A DNA stretch of 64,000 nt from Acidobacteriota bacterium (GTDB taxonomy: Bacteria > Acidobacteriota > UBA6911): contig OY761556.1 of assembly GCA_963664705.1 (NCBI GenBank), positions 2,816,001 through 2,880,000 of the forward strand, read 5' to 3'. The translations under genes and the position numbers were made by a program. Below, piece by piece: positions 56,900 through 64,000 of the stretch (position 1 is the first letter of the stretch; every line of letters starts with the position of its first letter). The notes below the pieces were generated by a model. That model had not been told where the DNA came from and searched no databases. It worked only from the letters and a program-made list of their open reading frames with translations.

Positions 56900-58642
56900 T
56901 TAAAACTGCGCCGACGCGAGCGGATACAGATGAAAATTGCCTCCATCCAATATTGTGCCGTTCTCGTAAATGTACGTAACAGTCCCCTGGACATTCTGGA
57001 ATGTCAGATCCGATATCACCGCCGTACCGACGGCCATCACAGCCTGGCCATTCGTCAGAAATGAGTTCATGTGGAGGTACAATATCATCCCGCCGGAAGG
57101 TCGATAGACGATCACGCCCGTAATTGGGCTGATCACGCCAGGGCTTGTCTCCATGGTTCCATGGAGATACTGTCCCTCCAATATCATTTTCACCGGCATC
57201 GTGGTCTTGTTGGTGATGTCGATCTGCCGCTCATAAACGGCCGGAAATCCGGTCGAACTCGACCATTGGGAGTTGTTGACATTCAGTGGGAGCAGGCCAA
57301 AATACTCGGTCCCGCTGATTGTTATGTACCCCGCGGTATCCTTTGAACTGGGAAACATCTCATAAACATAGAGAGCTTGCTGATTGAGCTGGGGGAGATT
57401 GACACTCTTCTGTTCCAGGAATATTCCCTGCGCGTTGAATCGTTTGATCTGCAGAGTATTAGAAGAGAAGGTACACACGGCAAAAGCGGTGGAATTTCCG
57501 CTGGTGTTGTCATAGGCAAGATGCGCATCGCGCAACTCGCGAACGCCTCCAACGCCTATCTGAGAAACAACCGCGCCTCCGGACCGAAATCGAAATGTGA
57601 GCAACCCGGCGATGGACCCTTTGGAACTGGTATCGGACAGGATTTCGCTCACGACAATCCAGCCCGCCTGAGTCTGGGATCCGCCGGTGAGCTTATAGGT
57701 AATGGAGGACTTCGCTGCCAGCGTGAAATCCTGGGTTCCGCTGACAGAATTTCCATTAACGGTCACCGTCATTGGCTGACCGGTTTGAGTTAAAAAGACA
57801 ACGGAGCCGGAAGATGTTTCCGCTCCTTGGGCAATAAGCGTCAAATCTGTCTCCCACCCGCCGCCAATGGCGAATTGAGGGAACAGGATTTCCTGCGTTG
57901 GAATGGTGATCTGTGAGAATACGGGAACGCTGATGGGAACAATGGCATTGGCGGAGAGGGCAACCTTCAGATTATCGATGGCCAATTCCTGAAAATCCGG
58001 ATTGATGGAGTTCGGGTGAGGCGCCCGCACCATCAGCTTATCGAAGCCATCGGGATCCCGAAATCCGACGACTGTTCCCACCGGCAGAGTCTCCGTAATG
58101 CCGGCCTGCCCGGAAGAAACGACGGTATTGCCGACCAGAGTCTTCCAATCCAGGAATGCGGTATTGTTGCCCCAGGGGTAAGCGCCCCAGATATCCCCCG
58201 TGGTCCAGCCGTTCCCATACAGGAATTCCACCCCGTAGATTTTCTTGCCGTCGCTGCTCTGAATAGTCACCCAATCGAAATTGCCGGGATCGGCCTCATA
58301 GGGGAAGTAAAATCCGCCGCCTACATCGACGTAGGAATGATCTGCGGCATTGGTCAGATGAAAAGGATTGAAGGGTGTACCTACCGACAGAATTGTTCCA
58401 CGCGTATTGTCGCCGAAGTAGCTGTTTCCATTGGTGCGGATGTAAAGCCCGCTCGAGGCATAGTCGCTCAAAGGCGTGCCGCTGCCTGCAAAGTTCAGAG
58501 CATCGAAGGTGGCGGTACGGTCCACGGACAGGATCGCAGATCCTTCACCGGTCGTCTGGACTGTGCCGGCGCAGACAGGATTCAGAAATGTAAGGCAGAT
58601 GACTGAAACCATGGTTACGATAAGGAGATTTCTCAATATCAT
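56900..58642 (-). CDS. Exported hypothetical protein: N-terminal beta domain plus FPQxAxGG domain
   Basis: Signal peptide VCA-G; ILFPQFAIGGGWETDLTLI; GAGG SD. Confidence 0.8.
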   Translation of the reverse strand: MILRNLLIVTMVSVICLTFLNPVCAGTVQTTGEGSAILSVDRTATFDALNFAGSGTPLSDYASSGLYIRTNGNSYFGDNTRGTILSVGTPFNPFHLTNAADHSYVDVGGGFYFPYEADPGNFDWVTIQSSDGKKIYGVEFLYGNGWTTGDIWGAYPWGNNTAFLDWKTLVGNTVVSSGQAGITETLPVGTVVGFRDPDGFDKLMVRAPHPNSINPDFQELAIDNLKVALSANAIVPISVPVFSQITIPTQEILFPQFAIGGGWETDLTLIAQGAETSSGSVVFLTQTGQPMTVTVNGNSVSGTQDFTLAAKSSITYKLTGGSQTQAGWIVVSEILSDTSSKGSIAGLLTFRFRSGGAVVSQIGVGGVRELRDAHLAYDNTSGNSTAFAVCTFSSNTLQIKRFNAQGIFLEQKSVNLPQLNQQALYVYEMFPSSKDTAGYITISGTEYFGLLPLNVNNSQWSSSTGFPAVYERQIDITNKTTMPVKMILEGQYLHGTMETSPGVISPITGVIVYRPSGGMILYLHMNSFLTNGQAVMAVGTAVISDLTFQNVQGTVTYIYENGTILDGGNFHLYPLASAQF

Positions 58643-59004
58643 ATCGCTTTCCTCAATGCGCGGTTAAAACCCGCCGATACCACAACACGGGCTCAAACGA
58701 CGCTCAAAACCCGATCAAGATGCTGAAGATCTTTGATCTGCAAATGCGCTCAGGTGTTTCTGTATTCAAACGTAACGCCTGCCCGAAGCGTTTCACAGGC
58801 AATCATTTCCCAACGTCCGAGCCGTCCTGATAGTGATGAATCCGATGATCAACCGCATATATTAAATTCGCACCGCTCCCGGTTACGCAATCGGATGAAT
58901 TGCGTATTCTTCTATGAGCAATACTACCTATGCCCAGAGCCATAGCACGGCCATGGCTTATTGACACAAGTTTTCTCCTAAAAGTTGGATGACAGCGCCC
59001 GGGC

Positions 59005-60402
59005 CTACCTGTTTGCCGCACGCAGAGCGCGATAGGAACCGCGAGCCCGCATGAATAGCCAGAACATCAGGGGTCCCGGCAGGGCCAGGACAATAGCCAG
59101 CGAATAGCGGATCGCCAGGGGATTGCGGAACACATAGTCATTGAGCAGACCCACCAGCATCGGTCCCAAGCCCATGCCTACCAGAGAAGAAATGGTAATG
59201 TAAAGGGCCGAGACCTGTGCGCGCGCCCGGCTGGGCACGATCAGTTGAATCGATGTGCCGGCACACGGGATCGGCATGGTACTCATCAGTACAGCCGGAG
59301 CCAGGAAAAGCAGCGCCAGTTCAACCGTCGGCATCAACATGGCCAGCGCGCCGGCGACACCGCAGCCGACGAAACTGAAGGCGGCCACCTTCAGCGGCGC
59401 ATCCAACGCGCCTCGCTGCGCGAGCCGATCGGTGAGCCAGCCGGCACAGTAGGCGCCACCAGTACCACACAACAGGAGGAGCACCCCAAAAGCGAGGCCC
59501 TGCTGCGCTTTGTTCAAGCCGTGAGTGCGCTCCAGGAACGTGGGCGTCCAGAAGGCAAGTGCATTGGCAACCAGGATGACCATGGCAAAGCCTGCGAAGA
59601 TGGGCAGCAGCGCGGCACGGCGTTGCCGCACAACATCGATAACCTCGCGGACCGACAGGGGCACCTCGCCTCCGGGTCCGCGTCGCGCCGGTTCTCGAAT
59701 GAGAAGCAGCGCCGGAACCAGCAGCATCCCCGGAAATCCAACAAGGATGAAGGCAACCTGCCATGGAGCCAGGCCGCTGAACAGGCCCGAACGCAGAAAA
59801 GTAGAAGTCGTCAGCCACTGCAGCAGGCTGCCGCCGGCAATCAGGGTCATCCCCTGGCCAAACGGAGCGCTCATCAGGAATGCGCTGATCGGTCTGCCCA
59901 GCCGCTCGGGCGGAAAATGATCGCTCAGCAGAGAAAACGATGCCGGTGTGACGCTGGCTTCACCGACGCCTACGCCGATGCGCATCAGGAACAGTTGCAG
60001 GTAACTCCGGGACAGGCCCGATGCCATGGCAAACAGGCTGAATAACCCCATACAGAGGCCCAGCACCACGCGCCGGGCAAAGCGGTCCGCCAGGCGGCCG
60101 ATTGGGATACAGGCCAGCACATAGAACACGTTGAAGGCAACGCTCTGCAATATGCTGAAGGCCGTGTCGCTCAGTCCAAACTGCGCTTTAATAGGCCCTG
60201 CCATTAGCGTGACCACAGTTCGGTCCGCCTGAGAAGCAATTGATGCAAGGGCAAGCAGTCCGGCCACAATCCAACCGCGGCTGGGGTTGGGCCAGGGTGC
60301 GGCGCCATTATCCATGGCGTACGGCGTGTTCGTTGCGATAGCATTCGTTGTTTCCCGAACCAACTGTCGGGGTGTGACGCCGGAGCCCTTTTTTTCGGTC
60401 AC
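59005..60402 (-). CDS. MFS transporter, Spinster-like
   Basis: DR, GRLADRFARR, R.GVGVGEA...PA..SLLSD.FP, PWQ.AF..VG.PG, REP.R. Confidence 0.9.
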   Translation of the reverse strand: MTEKKGSGVTPRQLVRETTNAIATNTPYAMDNGAAPWPNPSRGWIVAGLLALASIASQADRTVVTLMAGPIKAQFGLSDTAFSILQSVAFNVFYVLACIPIGRLADRFARRVVLGLCMGLFSLFAMASGLSRSYLQLFLMRIGVGVGEASVTPASFSLLSDHFPPERLGRPISAFLMSAPFGQGMTLIAGGSLLQWLTTSTFLRSGLFSGLAPWQVAFILVGFPGMLLVPALLLIREPARRGPGGEVPLSVREVIDVVRQRRAALLPIFAGFAMVILVANALAFWTPTFLERTHGLNKAQQGLAFGVLLLLCGTGGAYCAGWLTDRLAQRGALDAPLKVAAFSFVGCGVAGALAMLMPTVELALLFLAPAVLMSTMPIPCAGTSIQLIVPSRARAQVSALYITISSLVGMGLGPMLVGLLNDYVFRNPLAIRYSLAIVLALPGPLMFWLFMRARGSYRALRAANR

Positions 60403-60527
60403 TCTATTTCGCTCTGCTTCCTGCCTCCATCAAATCCTTGCCGATGGTGGCGCGTGGGGAAGAATATCTCAATAATCCGGTATTTCCTGATCAACACCTA
60501 AACTGCTGCATTGGCGTTCCCCGAAGG

Positions 60528-61121
60528 CTATTCTTTCGCCTGGCGACGAAGAATTGCAACCACTTCCTGCCCGCCAATGGATGTTTCGCCCACGCTCATC
60601 CCGACGATCTGAAACCCTGCCGAGCCGGCCTCCTTCAATTCCTTTTCCATCGTTGAGGTTTTTTTGGTAGCCAGCAGTTTGTATTCATGGCGCTGAACCG
60701 GAGCCTCTTTGTCCCGCTCCACAATCACCACAACCTCTTTGCCCCCAAATGTGGAACTGAATACGGTCTGCCCCTTGAAGAGAAAGCCCGCATCGCCAAC
60801 CTGCTGCAACTCCTTTTGCATCGTGGAAGTCCTGCTTGTTGCCAATAGCTTGTACTCATATCGCGGCTTTGGATCGGCCCCGATTTGCCGGCTCATTATT
60901 ACGACGGCTTCGGACCCTCCAAATCCGGTCTCCCCTCCCATGGCCGTCTCAAATCGGAATCCCGCGTTGGCAGCCTGGTTCAACTCTTTTTCCATGGTCG
61001 AGGTCTTGTTTGTGGCAAGAAGTCTGTAGTCCATTTCCTGCCCGTATCCAATGTTCGGAACAACAGATAAGGCCAGAATAATCGCGAAAGAACCCCAAAG
61101 ACAAATAGCTGCTCTCTTCAT
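60528..61121 (-). CDS. Exported protein with three tandem repeats of about 55 aa (DUF4177-like)
   Basis: Y[RK]LLAT.[KR]TSTM.KEL......GF.....GG.E.V.I..R three times; GGAG SD. Confidence 0.8.
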   Translation of the reverse strand: MKRAAICLWGSFAIILALSVVPNIGYGQEMDYRLLATNKTSTMEKELNQAANAGFRFETAMGGETGFGGSEAVVIMSRQIGADPKPRYEYKLLATSRTSTMQKELQQVGDAGFLFKGQTVFSSTFGGKEVVVIVERDKEAPVQRHEYKLLATKKTSTMEKELKEAGSAGFQIVGMSVGETSIGGQEVVAILRRQAKE

Positions 61122-61265
61122 TCTCTCCTCCGGTCTATGCACATGCTTTAGCTATGAACAGCTTTCACCACCACTCTCGACGTCGCGATACGAGGAACTG
61201 CCCGCCTGCAACCGCTATTATCTCAAGATTCGAACGGTCTACCTACTTCTCATTTGATAATGACC

Positions 61266-61823
61266 CTATCCTTTGTGGTTTTTCTCCACCCATTCGGCAA
61301 AGGCATTTATGAATTTCCGAACGAACTCCCTGGTTGAATCACTTGCAAGATTGTCGTTCGGATCAAAAAGTTTTGTAGCTCCCCCGATATAAGCCTCGGG
61401 CTGTTGCAGGGTGGGGACATTCAGGAAAACCAAAGACTGACGAAGATGATGGTTTGCCCCAAATCCACCGACAGATCCGGGCGAGACGCTGATGACGGCG
61501 CCAGGTTTACCATCCCACACGCTCTTGCCATAAGGGCGCGACCCGATGTCGATTGCGTTTTTAAGCACGCCAGGAACCGATCGATTGTATTCGGGCGTAA
61601 CAAAAAGGAAACCGTCAACTTTTATCAATAGCTCCCGAAACTCGGTCCAGGCCAGCGGCGGATTGTCGTCGAAGTCCTGGTTATAAAGCGGCAGTCCGCC
61701 GATCTCGACGATTTCAAGTTTCAAGCTTTCCGGTGCAAGCGATATCAGGTTTTTTGCCATCTTTCGATTGAACGATTCTTTGCGAAGGCTTCCAATCAGT
61801 ACAGCAATCTTCATTTGTCTCAT
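61266..61823 (-). CDS. NADPH-dependent FMN reductase (ChrR/YieF-like)
   Basis: GSLRKES.N, LPLYNQD, TPEYNRS.PG.LKNAID..SRPYG, GGFGANHHLRQ. Confidence 0.95.
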   Translation of the reverse strand: MRQMKIAVLIGSLRKESFNRKMAKNLISLAPESLKLEIVEIGGLPLYNQDFDDNPPLAWTEFRELLIKVDGFLFVTPEYNRSVPGVLKNAIDIGSRPYGKSVWDGKPGAVISVSPGSVGGFGANHHLRQSLVFLNVPTLQQPEAYIGGATKLFDPNDNLASDSTREFVRKFINAFAEWVEKNHKG

Positions 61824-62107
61824 ATGTTTTCCTCTCCGATGGTCTCGAACAAAAGAAAGGTCCATCACCCATAAATTTAGCAGTCAATTCAACCGGGAAT
61901 CAGGGGTAATCTGCTGGAGCTGCGCCGCAGGTTGAGAAGTAAAGATCTTGCATACCGTGATATAGTAGCTTCCGCAATCAACATCGAAAACTCGGATTAG
62001 TTCATGGACAGCCATGGATTGAGCAGATTGCATGAAGCGGCTTTTTTTGAGAACTGCTCAATCTGCAACTGACTTTTTCTTAACCTTCTTTTGAGGAGAA
62101 TTGCAGG

Positions 62108-63043
62108 ATGAAACGAATTGCACTGTGCCTTTTGGCTCTTGGAATGATGGCCTGCGGCAGTCTCGTATCGGCACACGCGCAGTCAGGCTGCACGCGCGAT
62201 GGCCTTAAGGGAATTATTGGGCAATATTTTACTGCGCTCGAGGCGCACAACCCGAAGAGTCTTCCGCTCGCGGCCAAGGTGAAATTTACGGAAAATGGCG
62301 TTGAGATGCCCGTAGGAGATGGTTTTTGGAAAACCGCGGGCAAAACTCTGCTCAAACGCGATCTCCTTGACACCAATAAATGCAGCACGCATTCCAATGT
62401 CGTGATTGAGGAGAAATACACGGCTCCCAAAACGGCCGCGCCGGCCCCCAAGTCGCCCTTTGCCAGCCTGTCGGCAAAACCGCCTGCGGATGGCACCATT
62501 CGGCCCATTCTCTACGGCGTCCGTCTCAAAGTTGAAAATCAGCAGATTACCGAGATTGAATCGTTTGTTGCCCGTGAAACCGAATTTGCTTTCAATGCAG
62601 CAAACGTGCTGGAGACCAAGGACCAGGATTGGGAAAGCATCATCCCCGTGGAACAGCGAAGCAGCCGGCTGGCAATGATAGCCGCTGCGGATGATTATTA
62701 TGATATGTTCGCGGAAAATCCCAAGGTGCACACACCGTTCGCCGCTGTTTGTGATCGCTGGGAGAACGGCTTTCAGACAACCAAAGGCGGAGGAACCATG
62801 GGCGGCGTCAAAATGACGGCGCACGACTGCTCCCCGAAGGGACTGGTAATCACGAACCATGGCCCGCGGCGTTTCCTGGTGGATTTGGAAGCAGGAACGG
62901 TTGTTGCCTACGTGCACTTTACGGGCAGTTTGCCGGACTTCCATATGTTCCGGATGAGAAATGGCAAAGTTGACTTGATTCAGGCGGTCATCGGTGCCAG
63001 TGCCAAATCCATGGGCTGGCCGAACGAACCAGCCTGCAAATAA
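62108..63043 (+). CDS. Exported hypothetical protein
   Basis: GAGGAG SD, signal peptide AHA-Q, KFTENG...GDG.W, RLKV....ITEIE, C.R.ENG. Confidence 0.8.
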   Translation: MKRIALCLLALGMMACGSLVSAHAQSGCTRDGLKGIIGQYFTALEAHNPKSLPLAAKVKFTENGVEMPVGDGFWKTAGKTLLKRDLLDTNKCSTHSNVVIEEKYTAPKTAAPAPKSPFASLSAKPPADGTIRPILYGVRLKVENQQITEIESFVARETEFAFNAANVLETKDQDWESIIPVEQRSSRLAMIAAADDYYDMFAENPKVHTPFAAVCDRWENGFQTTKGGGTMGGVKMTAHDCSPKGLVITNHGPRRFLVDLEAGTVVAYVHFTGSLPDFHMFRMRNGKVDLIQAVIGASAKSMGWPNEPACK

Positions 63044-63071
63044 ATTGTTATTGAACTGATTTGCCCACGAC

Positions 63072-63109
63072 AAAAAAGCCCTGAAGGAAGTATCCTTCAG
63101 GGCTTTTTT
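63072..63109. terminator. Bidirectional intrinsic terminator
   Basis: AAAAAAGCCCTGAAGGA-AGTA-TCCTTCAGGGCTTTTTT between convergent genes. Confidence 0.92.
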
Positions 63110-63182
63110 GTCGTTGTTCAGAGATTATTGTGCGGCAATCCGGTACGACTTGAACGAGAGGTTTCCCGATACAAACCCTCGT

Positions 63183-63581
63183 TCACAGGACAGCGGTGGC
63201 TTCAATCTCGACCAGGATGTCGGGGTGAAACAGCGCGGCCACGCCAAGCAATGTGGAGGCCGGCTGGCAGCCAGCCGCATGCAGGCGCTGGCCAAGTACG
63301 GCAGATGCCTGGGCAAATGCCGCTATATCCCGAGTGTAGTAATTCAGACGGACCACATTTGCGAATGTTAGGCCCGCGTGACTCAGAACCGTCTCCAGGT
63401 TATTCAAAGCCTGATTCAGCTGCGCGGCCATATCGCCGGCATGCATGGGATTACCATCCGCATCCACCGATGTTTGGCCGGCGAAATACACCGTGCGGCT
63501 TGCCCCGCGTACGTCCATCGCTTGTGAGAATCCGAATTGGTCCTGCCATTTCCAGGGATTGATCGTTTTTGTCTCTACCAT
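63183..63581 (-). CDS. RidA/YjgF family protein
   Basis: FSQA, AGQ, NL...L...G....VV.L..Y, P.ST..GV..L, VEIEATA. Confidence 0.92.
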   Translation of the reverse strand: MVETKTINPWKWQDQFGFSQAMDVRGASRTVYFAGQTSVDADGNPMHAGDMAAQLNQALNNLETVLSHAGLTFANVVRLNYYTRDIAAFAQASAVLGQRLHAAGCQPASTLLGVAALFHPDILVEIEATAVL

Positions 63582-63774
63582 AACATCTCCACGAAAATTC
63601 TCGGGTACCCGGAGTATTCCTATAAGGTTTTAGTTCTATTTGTTTATCTCCGCGTTTCGAGGCCAACATGCCACCGCCGCATGCAAGTCCGGCCAGGAGC
63701 GCCGGCGTCTCGCCCAATGCTGCATACTATTTGTCGAGCGCGAAGTCCTTCGAAATCCGGCGGTCCAGTGGTAC

Positions 63775-64000
63775 TTATCCTTTGCCCAGGGCTTGCAGAA
63801 CCCTATCCGGCGTTGCCGGCGATTCCACCCACTTGCCGATCGCATTGTGAATCGCCATGATGACCAGATGCGTATTGGCCAGAGAATGGCTGATGCCGTT
63901 TGAACCATAGCACGCATTGCCGGCTCTGGTCTCCAGCAATTCCAAATCCACCTTCGGCATATCCAGCATGCTGACCTTCTTATAATCAAACATATTGGTG
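63775..64000 (-). CDS. C-terminal end of a xanthine dehydrogenase/aldehyde oxidase-family molybdopterin-binding subunit (partial)
   Basis: DYK....D.P, YG..G, AI.NAIG, P.TPDRVL.AL C-terminal signature; the gene starts beyond the window. Confidence 0.8.
   Translation of the reverse strand, partial: TNMFDYKKVSMLDMPKVDLELLETRAGNACYGSNGISHSLANTHLVIMAIHNAIGKWVESPATPDRVLQALGKG

Noticed and set aside
58938-58955. GG-N10-GC on the minus strand upstream of the 56900-58642 gene
   Set aside because: Poor match outside the dinucleotides, about 300 nt from the start codon, and no enhancer-like sites seen.

Overview
Ordinary-looking chromosomal DNA of moderate-to-high GC from a diderm, probably anaerobic bacterium. 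Gene content (exported VOC proteins, FPQxAxGG-domain surface proteins, corrinoid-type methyl-transfer modules) suggests Acidobacteriota; this is inference only. About 60 CDSs are densely packed; I found no rRNA, tRNA, CRISPR array, transposase or phage gene. Recognisable blocks: a divergent EF-G paralogue, split methionine-synthase modules, a metal-uptake operon, an HDOD + REC-PAS-GGDEF-EAL pair, a transketolase/SDR/ExuT/GH43 sugar operon, MFS transporters, an ECF sigma/anti-sigma/DUF3106 locus, topoisomerase IV and large secreted proteins. Several families of short intergenic palindromes and 7-/9-mer repeats are scattered throughout. Best candidates for undescribed biology: (1) a probably leaderless DUF2946-like leader ORF (signal sequence, CxxC, C-terminal RGPP) whose Pro-Pro-Leu-Leu codons are complementary (10/11 nt) to the Shine-Dalgarno region of the next gene, heading an ATPase-less OM-barrel/ZnuA/ZnuB-HEAT operon, i.e. 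a candidate metal-sensing ribosome-arrest switch; (2) an ECF locus with twin divergent promoters sharing one consensus and a small exported protein that copies the anti-sigma periplasmic tail motif; (3) a sigma54/enhancer region between a tiny membrane-protein gene and an unannotated, stop-interrupted Flp pilin gene; (4) a xanthine-oxidase-family subunit with His in place of the catalytic Glu. All calls were made by eye from motifs; no searches were run.
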